Shown here: in pieces, positions 1 to 9,445 of the stretch
How positions within the stretch are numbered: the first letter of the stretch is position 1
Layout: every line of letters begins with the position of its first letter
Origin: Sedimentisphaerales bacterium
GTDB lineage: Bacteria > Planctomycetota > Phycisphaerae > Sedimentisphaerales > Anaerobacaceae
Reading direction: 5' to 3'
Assembly (NCBI GenBank): GCA_963708075.1
Contig: OY970194.1
Span: forward strand, 5,728,001-5,792,000
DNA length: 64,000 nucleotides
The notes under the pieces: model-generated
Told to the model about the DNA's origin: nothing
The model's input: only the letters and a program-made list of their open reading frames with translations
Database searches by the model: none
Translations under genes and position numbers: made by a program

Positions 1-34
1 ATGGATACGTGATCGCTTAAACTCACCACAGTAC

Positions 35-62
35 ACAAAGGCCGCAGTGTTGCGGCCTTTGT
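35..62. terminator. Hairpin, probable bidirectional intrinsic terminator
   Basis: Perfect 12-bp stem ACAAAGGCCGCA-gtgt-TGCGGCCTTTGT with A/T tails on both sides. Confidence 0.6.
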
Positions 63-329
63 CATTCCATCCCCCCACCTGCTATCCACACACATAACTG
101 TGCAATCACGCTGCCCAATACAGCCCCGTGTCGCACGTGACAAGGCCCCTGTCAGCCCCGACAAACGATTATTTCCCCCAACTCCTATCCCAGCAGGGGT
201 CCCGCGCTTGTCGCCCGAATTTTCTTGCGGTCCCATTCCGAGAGTGGGATTATGTGGCACTAGCGGCTCGTGTTGTGATTGGAGACTCGATAACAGAAAT
301 CGAACACTGGGAAGGAGAGATTCATGCAC

Positions 330-1028
330 ATGGCAAGATTGTCTGTTCTGTTGGTGGCGGCTTTAATGCTTCTGTGTGGGTGTGCTTCTGTTTTGGTGAG
401 ATACAATTACTCCCCACAGCCGACAGAAACAAGTGAGCCGCCATTGAATACTGTTGTGACTGCGTATGTAGGGGACAATCTGGTTCGACAGGGGCAGTAC
501 ACGGAACACGATGCAATCTATCTGCGGCAGGACGTGAGAGTAGGAATAATAGGAGAAGTCATGATCATGCGAGGGTACTATCTAAAGGTGGGAGAGGATG
601 CCACATCGGAGTTCTATCGTACGGCCGGTGGTTCAGATTCAGGACAGATAGTCGTAGCTGCGGCCGCGGTACCGGTTTGTGCACTGCGTGTAGATAGGCG
701 GGATGGCAGACTCTGTGCTGTGGCGGTAAAGGGGGGGGAAGACTGCACGGCTAAGGCAGACTATGAGAGGAAGAAATATCCGGTGACAGGTGCCGCTGAC
801 TTCCAGCAGACTCTTATTTACAGTGGAAAGGTGGGGGACAAGATCAACATCGGGTACCGAGAGTTCTCAGGTAGTCGGGCGAGACCTGCTTTCAACAATG
901 AAGTGGAGTATGACCTATCGCAGTCAAAGACCATTGGGTACAAGGGAGCCCGGATTGAAGTCATTGAAGCCACTAACGAGTACATCAAGTACAAGGTTAT
1001 TTCGAACTTCAACAAAGCACAGTATTAA
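330..1028 (+). CDS. Hypothetical lipoprotein, probable mobile-element cargo
   Basis: GGAG SD upstream; signal peptide with lipobox LLCGC; C-terminus QQTLIYSGKVGDKINIGYREFS...RPAFNNEVEYDL; lower GC than the core genes. Confidence 0.75.
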   Translation: MARLSVLLVAALMLLCGCASVLVRYNYSPQPTETSEPPLNTVVTAYVGDNLVRQGQYTEHDAIYLRQDVRVGIIGEVMIMRGYYLKVGEDATSEFYRTAGGSDSGQIVVAAAAVPVCALRVDRRDGRLCAVAVKGGEDCTAKADYERKKYPVTGAADFQQTLIYSGKVGDKINIGYREFSGSRARPAFNNEVEYDLSQSKTIGYKGARIEVIEATNEYIKYKVISNFNKAQY

Positions 1029-1217
1029 GGACACATAGCCAGGATGGGGTCTGGCAGGGGTGAGCAGGTTTTCGGTAGGTGTCGCCGGTAGCTGTAAAGG
1101 TGTTGTGCCTACCGGTGATGCAGCGTTGTACGAGCGCGTGCATTGCTGGGAAACCCCTTGATTTACAGTGTTTCGGTACAACATGCGACTTGGGCCGCGA
1201 GGAAAAACTTTACACCC

Positions 1218-2057
1218 TCAACCGCACTCTTTCAGCCAGTTCGCAACTGTGGTGTGCGATATGCCGCAACCGTCCGGCGACATATCCCTCAGCCGGTCTC
1301 GGATTTCCCGGCAGCTCAGTCCCGCATCATGCAGCCGACATGCCTCTGGCTGCAATCTCGCCTTCCGCCGTTTGCACCGACCCGGTTTCCTATCCCCGCC
1401 GCCTTTCCGCCCCTTGAACTGCTGCGCCCAGCGTGTTCGATAACTCTGCACCTCTCGGGGCGTCAGATCAGGAAACAGGTATGTGAGCAAGGGTACACCG
1501 CCGGTCAGTTCCTTCAGCTTACAGAACTCGGCCTCCGTTGGCGTTGCATCCGGGTTCGTCTCGGAATTGTAGTCCGCGTTCCTGACGAACCGGTCGGTGC
1601 ACGGTGCCAGCACAGCCGTATGTCTGCCGGTTTGGGCCTCGTGCTTTCTGGCACACTCAACGGCAGCTATCAGGCGGCCCCTGTTCTCATTGAGAACCCA
1701 GCCGGATATCACGTCGCGGAATACGGCAACGATCCGTATGCCCAGCTTTTTGCATGCCCTCCGTAGGACCCACTCGCAGACCGCCAGATTGCCCTTCCTC
1801 TCCTGCCAGCCGCTGCTGACCCGAACGTAGAGGACTACAGCCAAGTCAGGATGCTTCTTGTGGTAGCCTGCCAAACGGCGTACGAACCTGCCGATATCTT
1901 CGCAGGATTCCAGTTCGATTGGCTTGGGGCAAGGGCGTGCCCTTGCTATCCGTTCTGCCCGTCGGCGTCTTTCTCTGCTCCGCACTGCAATGTCCTTCAC
2001 TCTCTGCTCATAGTTCAAGAAACAGGCAGGGCCAGTGGCCGAGCAGAGAGAAGCCAC
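1218..2057 (-). CDS. Divergent small serine recombinase (resolvase/invertase-like) with C-terminal HTH; start uncertain
   Basis: VVLYVRVSS catalytic-Ser motif, FRDVISG, TDRFVRN; C-terminal GLSCREIRDRL...ISHTTVANWL HTH. Confidence 0.75.
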   Translation of the reverse strand: MASLCSATGPACFLNYEQRVKDIAVRSRERRRRAERIARARPCPKPIELESCEDIGRFVRRLAGYHKKHPDLAVVLYVRVSSGWQERKGNLAVCEWVLRRACKKLGIRIVAVFRDVISGWVLNENRGRLIAAVECARKHEAQTGRHTAVLAPCTDRFVRNADYNSETNPDATPTEAEFCKLKELTGGVPLLTYLFPDLTPREVQSYRTRWAQQFKGRKGGGDRKPGRCKRRKARLQPEACRLHDAGLSCREIRDRLRDMSPDGCGISHTTVANWLKECG

Positions 2058-2219
2058 TATCGGTTGCGAACCGTGGCCCCGCCTATAGATTCACGTAGTT
2101 ACACTGTCATTATCGTACGGCATCAGAGCCCTAAGACCGGGAATCGCATGTTTCTTGTATCAAGAAAAGGGCGACCCCGCCCAACTACCCTCTGAGGGGA
2201 AATAATCGATTCTGTGAGC

Positions 2220-2516
2220 TTAAACACGCGATTTCTCGCGGTGCACGGGCAAGGGTTTGGCCCTCTCAGACCCCTTCTGGAAGGGTCTGGCCGCGTAGAG
2301 CGGACAAGCGGGGTCGGTGCACAGCGTTACCTCCTGCCTGACCCATCCGCAGCACTCCAAGCACTGCGCTTTGATCGCCGCAGCTTTGCTCCCGTTGACG
2401 GCTCGCTCGTATGTCCTGCGGCACTTCGGCGGCATCTGGGCGAGGCGTTCCTCGATCTGCTGCTGGCGGTTAGGGCTTGTGGGCGCAGCCTGCTTTTTGA
2501 CTTGCGTACTCTGCAT
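2220..2516 (-). CDS. Small Cys-rich, phage/ICE-like putative zinc-binding protein (98 aa)
   Basis: Strong SD (AAGGAG) before the ATG at 2516; [12 protein letters not shown]...[13 protein letters not shown] motif. Confidence 0.7.
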   Translation of the reverse strand: MQSTQVKKQAAPTSPNRQQQIEERLAQMPPKCRRTYERAVNGSKAAAIKAQCLECCGWVRQEVTLCTDPACPLYAARPFQKGSERAKPLPVHREKSRV

Positions 2517-2538
2517 GAATGTGTTCTCCTTTTCAGCT

Positions 2539-2955
2539 ATGAAATCCCTGACAAAAGAAATCTGGATGAACGTGCCCCAACGCAGGGCAATCGTATCCAT
2601 TCACAACGAGGTGGAGAGGCTGGTTGGCGAAAGCAGCGTCCGGGATGGTCTGGTACTGGTGAATGCGATGCACATCACGGCCAGTGTCTTCATCAACGAT
2701 GACGAACCCGGCTTGCACCACGACTACGAGGTATGGTTGGAAAAGCTCGCCCCGGAGAAGCCATATAGCCAGTACGAGCACAATGGATCTGAAGATAACG
2801 CTGATGCCCACCTGAAACGACAGGTCATGGGCCGCGAGGTTGTAATCGCCATCACGGACGGCAAGCTGCACTTGGGGCCGTGGGAGCACATCTTCTACTT
2901 TGAGTTCGATGGCAACCGACGGAAACGCATCCTGGTCAAGATAATTGGCGAATAG
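2539..2955 (+). CDS. yjbQ: YjbQ/UPF0047 family protein, full-length copy
   Basis: [13 protein letters not shown]...[11 protein letters not shown]...[16 protein letters not shown] motifs; 138 aa from MKSLTKEIW. Confidence 0.9.
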   Translation: MKSLTKEIWMNVPQRRAIVSIHNEVERLVGESSVRDGLVLVNAMHITASVFINDDEPGLHHDYEVWLEKLAPEKPYSQYEHNGSEDNADAHLKRQVMGREVVIAITDGKLHLGPWEHIFYFEFDGNRRKRILVKIIGE

Positions 2956-3000
2956 CATCGATGTCTCTCGCTTCTCTTGTTCCGGACAGGGTAAAGTGCA

Positions 3001-3318
3001 ATGAGTAACAATTTTGTACGTAGCAACGCCATGCACATCACGGCCAGCGTCTTTATCAACGATGATGAGCAGGGCCTGCACCAGGACTTTGAGACCTGGC
3101 TCGAAAAGCTCGCCCCGGAAAAACCTTACAGCCAGTACCGGCACAACACCTATGAGGACAACGCGGATGCTCACCTGAAGCGCACTGTCATGGGTCGGGA
3201 GGTGGTCGTCGCCGTGACCGGCGGCAAGCTCGACTTCGGTCCGTGGGAGCAGATCTTTTACGGCGAATTCGACGGCAAACGAAGCAAACGTGTCCTGGTC
3301 AAGATCATCGGTGAATAG
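3001..3318 (+). pseudogene. yjbQ: 5'-truncated second yjbQ copy (homology begins at ~3025); probable displaced host 3' fragment
   Basis: Residues NAMHITAS...KIIGE match copy 1 at 79/97 aa; the first ~41 aa are replaced by unrelated MSNNFVRS; abuts the LysE gene. Confidence 0.8.
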
Positions 3319-3330
3319 GCGGTCGCTCGC

Positions 3331-3993
3331 ATGGCATTACTCCTTTTTCTCCTGAAAGTCGTGGGGATATCCCTGTCCGGAGCGTTGGCTCCCGGCCCGG
3401 TCACCGCCGCCGCCATCGGCATGGGATCGGGCGATCGGTTTGCCGGCGCGCTCATGGCAGTTGGCCACGGCATCGTGGAGTTTCCGCTCATGGTGCTGCT
3501 TCTTGCAGGCGTCGGCCGGCTGCTGAAACTCTCTTACGTGAAGATTGTCATCGGTCTTGCCGGTGGCGGCTTTTTGATCTTCCTGGCAGTTCAAATGTTC
3601 CAAGGGCTTGGAAGCTCCGGCGCTGAGACAGCGCAGACGACAGGGGGCAACCCGCTTGCAGCCGGTATCCTCCTGTCGGCGGGCAATCCCTATTTTCTCG
3701 TGTGGTGGGCCACGGTGGGCTTGACCCTGATTACGACGTCCAAGAGTAATTTTGGGCCCGGGGCTTTCGGGCTCATGGCCGTGGCCCACTGGTCGTGCGA
3801 TCTTGTCTGGCTCACCGCCCTGTCCTGGGCCAGTTTCAAGGGCTCGACGCTCCTGGGACCGGCGGGACAGCGTATCGTGCTCGCCATCTGTGCGGCGGCG
3901 ATGCTCGGCTTTGGGCTGTACTTCATCCTGCTGCAGGGGATCACATTGAAACGCACGAACAGGACTCTCGCCAAGCCGCTCTCGGGGCAATAA
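3331..3993 (+). CDS. LysE family translocator
   Basis: SGALAPGP, GHGIVE and NPYFLVWW motifs; about 6 TM segments. Confidence 0.85.
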   Translation: MALLLFLLKVVGISLSGALAPGPVTAAAIGMGSGDRFAGALMAVGHGIVEFPLMVLLLAGVGRLLKLSYVKIVIGLAGGGFLIFLAVQMFQGLGSSGAETAQTTGGNPLAAGILLSAGNPYFLVWWATVGLTLITTSKSNFGPGAFGLMAVAHWSCDLVWLTALSWASFKGSTLLGPAGQRIVLAICAAAMLGFGLYFILLQGITLKRTNRTLAKPLSGQ

Positions 3994-4005
3994 CAGACAG
4001 GAAGC

Positions 4006-5397
4006 TTACTCTGCAGGTGCATCTGGTGCCCGCTCGCGTGATGTCAGGTCTTGCAGGCCCGGCGGTGATACTTCGGTGGTTACTGCGGGCGTGTCCAGGA
4101 GTTGTTTGAGGGTATAGCGGGCGAGTGCCTGCCGTTGATCCTCGATGACCTGGTGCAATGCCTTTTCATCGGGTTTTGGCTGTCCAAAGGAGGCGGCCGC
4201 CACGGCATTCGCGATCTCCGACAGTCGAATGCGTTCGGGGTCTTTGGCGGGAACGAAACCCGGCTTCGGATCCGTGGTTTTCGCGAGCACCCCGCGATCG
4301 ACAAGCTCATCGAGGAGTTTCTCCCCGAATTCGCCCGGGATATCGAGCCGGCTGCAGACGTCGTCGGTCGAGATCGGCCCGTGACCGCTCACGAACGCCG
4401 CGGCGATTTCCCGTGCGACGGCGATGGCGGTCATGTCGTTGGCGATGAACCGGCCCTCCGCCTCTTGGGCCTTCGGGATCTCCGCCATCTCCAGCGTCTC
4501 GAAGTGCTGGATCGTGAACGCCAGTTGCAGTCCGAACAGCACGATCAACCAGGTCACGTAGACCCAGAAGATGGCCAGTGGGATGAGCCCCAGCACACCG
4601 TAGATCGTGCTGTACGGAATCAGTTTCGTGACATAGACGCCGAAGCCCCAGCGGGCGATGCTCCATATCAAGGCCGCAAAGGCAGCACCTTTCAGGGCCG
4701 GGCCGGCCTGCACCTTCGCGTTCGGCATCACCAGATATAGCACGAAAAGAGCGGATGTCGACAAGATATAGGAGATCACCAGACCGATCACAGCCGGGGT
4801 GCCCATTTGGATGCTCTGGAGGATCGCGTACCTCGTCGTCACATACAGTCCGGCGCCGAGCAGCAGCGGCACGAGCGTCAGCAGGGCCCAGTAGTTGATC
4901 ACCCGGTGCAGAAACCGGCGGCCTCGGGGGACATACCACATGTGATTGAACGCGCCCTCGACGATCGTAAGCAGGCGCAGCGCCGCCCACACCAGGAGCA
5001 GGATGCTGATCACTCCCAGGGAACTCTTGTCCATGTCCTCGAAGAAGCGGTTGATGATCGCATCGAGATAGTCCGTCAACATGACGTGCTTTTCGGGATT
5101 ATCCGGGTCGGGATACTGGATGGTCGTCAGACGCAATTCACTATAAGCGATAGTCTTAAGCTGTTCCGCCATATCCCGGTACGCGGGAATGGAATGAAAG
5201 ATCAGCACGACCACAATGACTAGGGGGACAATTCCGAAGATTGTGTAGTAGGACAGCGCCGCGGCCAATGGCTCCACGCGGTTCTTGCTCAGAAGTCTGA
5301 AACAGTGAGACCAGAGCCGGTACTGGCGGACGAGGAATCGGCCGGCCCGGCCAAGCTCGGCAGCAGGGGTGGTCAACATGTCCTTCAATACTTTCAT
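4006..5397 (-). CDS. YihY/BrkB family membrane protein with C-terminal winged-helix-like domain
   Basis: AAALSYYTIFGIVP, EGAFNHMW, YSTIYGVLGLIPLAIFWVYVTWLIVLFG. Confidence 0.85.
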   Translation of the reverse strand: MKVLKDMLTTPAAELGRAGRFLVRQYRLWSHCFRLLSKNRVEPLAAALSYYTIFGIVPLVIVVVLIFHSIPAYRDMAEQLKTIAYSELRLTTIQYPDPDNPEKHVMLTDYLDAIINRFFEDMDKSSLGVISILLLVWAALRLLTIVEGAFNHMWYVPRGRRFLHRVINYWALLTLVPLLLGAGLYVTTRYAILQSIQMGTPAVIGLVISYILSTSALFVLYLVMPNAKVQAGPALKGAAFAALIWSIARWGFGVYVTKLIPYSTIYGVLGLIPLAIFWVYVTWLIVLFGLQLAFTIQHFETLEMAEIPKAQEAEGRFIANDMTAIAVAREIAAAFVSGHGPISTDDVCSRLDIPGEFGEKLLDELVDRGVLAKTTDPKPGFVPAKDPERIRLSEIANAVAAASFGQPKPDEKALHQVIEDQRQALARYTLKQLLDTPAVTTEVSPPGLQDLTSRERAPDAPAE

Positions 5398-5400
5398 CGG

Positions 5401-8397
5401 TTACCGTTTCTTCAGCAGGTCCTCCAGCCCCTTGAGAACCTGCTCCTGGAGCTGGGATTGAATCAAGCTCTTGAGGTTCAGCTCGGGCTTGGCGATCGTG
5501 CCCGTCAGGGGCACGGTGATTCGTGAGACCCCTTGTTCCTGCCCAACCCGGACCGTTCGCCCCTCTATCGTATACGGCAGAACGACAGTCATGTCCAACG
5601 CTCCATTCAGGCCCACAGAACCCCGGAAGTTGACCGGATTATCGCCGATGTCGATCTGCATGTCATCATATCGCACCACCCCTTTTTGGAGAACAAGCTT
5701 CGTCGGATGGACGGTCATCATCTGTCCGCGAATGGACTGACGGCCTATGCTGAGGATCTGATTGAGGATGTTCGAAGCCCCCAGTTGCATCTTGTCGATC
5801 CACAGGGTCCCGGTGAGCTCCATGGCCTTCGTATCGCCCCCGGCCAGAGGAATCGCCAACTGCTGCAGGTCGAAGTTGGCGACGCCGCTGACGCCGACCA
5901 CATCGGCGAAGATGGGGTTGACGTATTTGAGCAGCCTCTCGGCGGTCTGGTCATTGATTTGAATGCCCTGTACGAAATGCACGGGGGTGGGGACCGTCAG
6001 GAGTATCGGCCGTTGCCGCAGGTTGGCTTGGCCGACGAAATCCACCTTGCCGCTATTGACTGTCGTAGAGAACGGCCCGATTCGCATCAAGCCATTCTCC
6101 ACTTGAATAGGCATCTCAGCGGGTCCGAAATCGAAACCCACATATGCCGCCCGGTCGAAGCCGAGTGACGTCTTGCCATTCAGATTTGCCAGCAGGGCGT
6201 TCGGCTCATTCGTGGGATAGGTGCTCGTGAAGTTGAGCGAGACCGGCCTCTGTCCGGCCAGATCGAGCGTGCCCGGCACAAAACCAGAGGCTAGCTGGCC
6301 GACTGCCGCCATGTCCCATTGTCCTTCCAGCGACCCCTGGAACTTCGTGGTGTTGCCCTGGCTCGTCCGTGTGAACTGGCCCATGCGAATCCGGATCTGC
6401 GGGCTTTCCACCTGCACCCGCTCGATGTCGATCGTCTTCTGGTTCGGGTCGATGAAGGCATCGAATACCGCCGTCACCTGGTCCTGCTTGAACGCTTCCT
6501 TCTCAGGCGAAATCATCTGGAAATTCTGAATCCGTGTGGCCGTGGAGGAGACGTGATACACGCCGTTCTCCGCCGCCACATTGACCTGCGACTGCGCAAT
6601 ACCCTCGAGCGAAAGTCCTTTCGGGAACGTGGCAAAGAACTCGGCGTAGGGCTTGATCCGGGCGAGGTCCAGTTTATCGACGAACACTTGCAGGTTCAAC
6701 GGGGCCGGCGAATCCGCCGCGAGCGGAATCGTGCCGTTTTTGACGTTGACGATCCCGAAACCGGTATCAGCGTTGAGCGTATTGACGGCCAGCACCTGGT
6801 CCTCCCGGTTCAGGCCCACGGCGAAATTGACATTGGCCTGGGGAGTGGAGACGCTGTTGCCGTCGGCTGCGATTACGAGCTGCCGGGCCGACAGCGAGCC
6901 GGTGACGTCCGTGGTTTTGTCGCCGATGGAGACTTGCCCGGCGCTTTGCACTTGTCCGGCGAGCTCGTAGGGGAGATTGATGAACGCGCCCAGCTCCGAC
7001 TGGAGCCCTGCGAGGTTGACCTGGCCGTCGTACTTGATCTGCTTGAAGTTGCCGCTGGCATTGATCTTCGCGAAGGACGTCGAGACGTTCAGGCCTTCAA
7101 GTTGTGCGCCCTGTTCGCTGCTGGACAGCCTCGCCGTGGCCTGCATAGGCTGGCTGATGTTCAGCTTCTTGTCGTTAACGACTCCCGCCAGTCCGACGAC
7201 CTGGGCCTTGGCCACGATGGTGGGACGACCCGCTTCGGTGACTGTATCGATGTTGCCCGTCGCCCGGCCGCCGGTGATTTCCATGCCTTCACGGACGCCG
7301 AGGGTGTTCGGCATCTGCGACAGCAGCGCCGCCAGATTCACATCGAAATTGCCGGTCACGTCGGTGCCGCTTTCCGTGAGCTGGGCCAGCGTTCTCGCGT
7401 TCTTGGGGAAGGTTCCGGCCGCCGAGACGGAGGCCCAGTCCGTCCGCACGTTCAACTGGTTGACGTCGATTACGCCCTGTGCCTGGGCCAGGTTGGCGCG
7501 GATGTCTAACTGGGCGGTCTGCAGCCGATCCCCTTTGAGGGCGGGCCCGGTGATATCGACATTCCGGCCGCGGATGTCTGCGTTGATGTTTTCGATCTGG
7601 CCGTCCTGGATGGCGCTGGTGATATTCCCGGTCAATTGTCCCTTCGCCTGGATCTCGACCCCTGCCATATCGAGCAGCGGTGCGATGGAGTCCAGGTTCA
7701 AGGCATTGACTTCGACGGTGACATCTCCCGTGGTGCCCCGGAGGCTCCAGCCCGTCTTCTGACTCGGCGTGACCTGCCCGGAGGCGCGTACCTCGGCGGG
7801 ACCTTGTGTCTGGGCGACGGCCATACTGACGTTGAAGCGCGACGTGCGTCCCGGCCGACGCATGCTCAATTCCGAGTCCAGATCGTCGATTCTCATCGTC
7901 TGGCCGGTCGTGCTGGTGAGTTGCACGCTGCCATCGCGGACCACCAGGTCCCCGATTCGCGACAGGTCGTTCAAGTCCATCGAGGGGCCGGCCTTCGTCG
8001 ACGGCGGACGCTCTCGCATATCGACGGCGATGTGCGGCTGATCGATCTCGGCGCGATCCACAGACAACGTGCCGCCCAAAAGGCTGCTGTAGCTGGGCTG
8101 TGCGGTGATTCGGTTAATATCGACTTCCGCCCAGCCGTTGGGCCCGCGGAAGCTGAAGTCGGCGATCTGCACGCCTCGGAACCATCCCACGGATAAATCG
8201 CCGATGTTTGCCTGACCTCCTGTGCTATTGCCGATCTTCGCCTGGACCCATCGCGTGAATCCGCCGGATGAGAGGATCACGGGGATCAATAGCAAAACTA
8301 CAAGGATGAGAACAAGCACTCCCCCCACGATCCAAGGCCACTTTCTTGAGCGCCTTGCCTTCTGAACCTGCGGCTTTTCCTGTATTTGCTTTCCCAT
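5401..8397 (-). CDS. Large AsmA-like beta-rich envelope protein (998 aa)
   Basis: N-terminal TM anchor, long beta-strand-rich body, C-terminal VPLTGTIAKPEL AsmA-like motif. Confidence 0.65.
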   Translation of the reverse strand: MGKQIQEKPQVQKARRSRKWPWIVGGVLVLILVVLLLIPVILSSGGFTRWVQAKIGNSTGGQANIGDLSVGWFRGVQIADFSFRGPNGWAEVDINRITAQPSYSSLLGGTLSVDRAEIDQPHIAVDMRERPPSTKAGPSMDLNDLSRIGDLVVRDGSVQLTSTTGQTMRIDDLDSELSMRRPGRTSRFNVSMAVAQTQGPAEVRASGQVTPSQKTGWSLRGTTGDVTVEVNALNLDSIAPLLDMAGVEIQAKGQLTGNITSAIQDGQIENINADIRGRNVDITGPALKGDRLQTAQLDIRANLAQAQGVIDVNQLNVRTDWASVSAAGTFPKNARTLAQLTESGTDVTGNFDVNLAALLSQMPNTLGVREGMEITGGRATGNIDTVTEAGRPTIVAKAQVVGLAGVVNDKKLNISQPMQATARLSSSEQGAQLEGLNVSTSFAKINASGNFKQIKYDGQVNLAGLQSELGAFINLPYELAGQVQSAGQVSIGDKTTDVTGSLSARQLVIAADGNSVSTPQANVNFAVGLNREDQVLAVNTLNADTGFGIVNVKNGTIPLAADSPAPLNLQVFVDKLDLARIKPYAEFFATFPKGLSLEGIAQSQVNVAAENGVYHVSSTATRIQNFQMISPEKEAFKQDQVTAVFDAFIDPNQKTIDIERVQVESPQIRIRMGQFTRTSQGNTTKFQGSLEGQWDMAAVGQLASGFVPGTLDLAGQRPVSLNFTSTYPTNEPNALLANLNGKTSLGFDRAAYVGFDFGPAEMPIQVENGLMRIGPFSTTVNSGKVDFVGQANLRQRPILLTVPTPVHFVQGIQINDQTAERLLKYVNPIFADVVGVSGVANFDLQQLAIPLAGGDTKAMELTGTLWIDKMQLGASNILNQILSIGRQSIRGQMMTVHPTKLVLQKGVVRYDDMQIDIGDNPVNFRGSVGLNGALDMTVVLPYTIEGRTVRVGQEQGVSRITVPLTGTIAKPELNLKSLIQSQLQEQVLKGLEDLLKKR

Positions 8398-8616
8398 CTG
8401 TACACCTCCGAATCGATTCGTCGGAACGACCGTTCCTGCAAGCCATTGTAGTGCACGCGTACTGGGGAAATAAAGCCGGAAATCGCGGGTTTGCCGGCAC
8501 TGAATCGCCCGGTTAGTGGTACGGCAGCCCCTGACGGCGGTTCAACGCGACAAAAAGGCATTGAGGGAGCCTGGTCAAGAGGTGCAGGACTTCATCTCGC
8601 GCGGAACAGCCTTCGT

Positions 8617-8713
8617 CTGTCATGCTGAGCGAAGCGAAGCATCTGGGCGTCGAATGCGATAGATGCTTGTTCCCGTGCTCAGCCCGGATCCTTCGCTTCG
8701 CTCAGGATGACAG
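8617..8713. repeat. REP-like inverted repeat with 31-bp arms
   Basis: CTGTCATGCTGAGCGAAGCGAAGCATCTGGG ... CCCGGATCCTTCGCTTCGCTCAGGATGACAG, 28/31 complementary. Confidence 0.85.
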
Positions 8714-8759
8714 GCTGTACACGAGAACGGACCGAAATCCGCATGATTCCGGATTTGGA

Positions 8760-9320
8760 TCAGTCTTTCATGATCTCGTCGGATTTGTGTGCGACGATCT
8801 TATCCGCCTTATCGGCGAATTCCTTGGCGAGATCGTCCATCTGTTTCTTTGCCGAGTTCAGATCATCTTCGGTGATCTCCCCGTCCTTCTCCTGCTTTTC
8901 GAGGTGCTTGATGGCGTCCCGCCGGACGTTGCGGACGCTGATTTTGGTCTGCTCGCCGCTTTGCTTGGCCTGTTGCACGAGCTGTCTTCTCCGCTCCTCG
9001 CTCAGCGGCGGGATGTTCAGCCGTATGAACTTGCCTTCCACAATCGGTGCGATGCTCAGGTCACTGCTCTTGATGGCCTTCTCGATCTCTTTCACGGAGG
9101 CGGGGTCAAAAGGCTTGATGACAAGCATGTCCGCCTCAGGCGCCGAGATGGTCGCCAGCGATTTCAGCGGGGTGGGGCTGCCGTAATAGTCAACCCGAAT
9201 GTGCTCCACGAGTGCGGGTGCGGCTCTGCCCCCTCGAAAGGCCTTCAGCTCATCCTGAAGCACGTCCACGGCCTTCTGCATTTTCGATTTGCTCTCTGAG
9301 ATGACTGTTTGCGATGACAT
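8760..9320 (-). CDS. frr: Ribosome recycling factor
   Basis: GRAAPALVEHIRVDYYGSPTPL, IPPLSEERR, RNVRRDA; synteny with pyrH. Confidence 0.97.
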   Translation of the reverse strand: MSSQTVISESKSKMQKAVDVLQDELKAFRGGRAAPALVEHIRVDYYGSPTPLKSLATISAPEADMLVIKPFDPASVKEIEKAIKSSDLSIAPIVEGKFIRLNIPPLSEERRRQLVQQAKQSGEQTKISVRNVRRDAIKHLEKQEKDGEITEDDLNSAKKQMDDLAKEFADKADKIVAHKSDEIMKD

Positions 9321-9336
9321 CGATCAAACCCCTCGG

Positions 9337-9434
9337 AATTTACCATTTATGATTGATGATTTACAATTTGAAGATCGAGCGTTCAGGTAACGGAACGAGG
9401 CAAATTGTAAATCGTAATTCGTAAATCGTAAATC
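9337..9434. repeat. Inverted repeat built of ATTTACG-type heptamers
   Basis: Left aatttaccatttatgattgatgatttacaatttg, right caaattgtaaatcgtaattcgtaaatcgtaaatc. Confidence 0.85.
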
Positions 9435-9445
9435 AAAATGATACG

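Larger units (their letters stand above)
1..3024. mobile_element. Putative right end of an integrated element (prophage/ICE-like) with its boundary inside yjbQ
   Basis: Recombinase, phage-like Cys protein and lower-GC cargo; abrupt junction to the truncated yjbQ. Confidence 0.55.

Noticed and set aside
1218..2057. IS607 element
   Set aside because: The HTH is C-terminal rather than N-terminal, and there is no tnpB.
2660..3318. yjbQ duplication as an assembly artefact or DGR template/variable pair
   Set aside because: Differences are mostly synonymous and not adenine-specific, and no reverse transcriptase is present.
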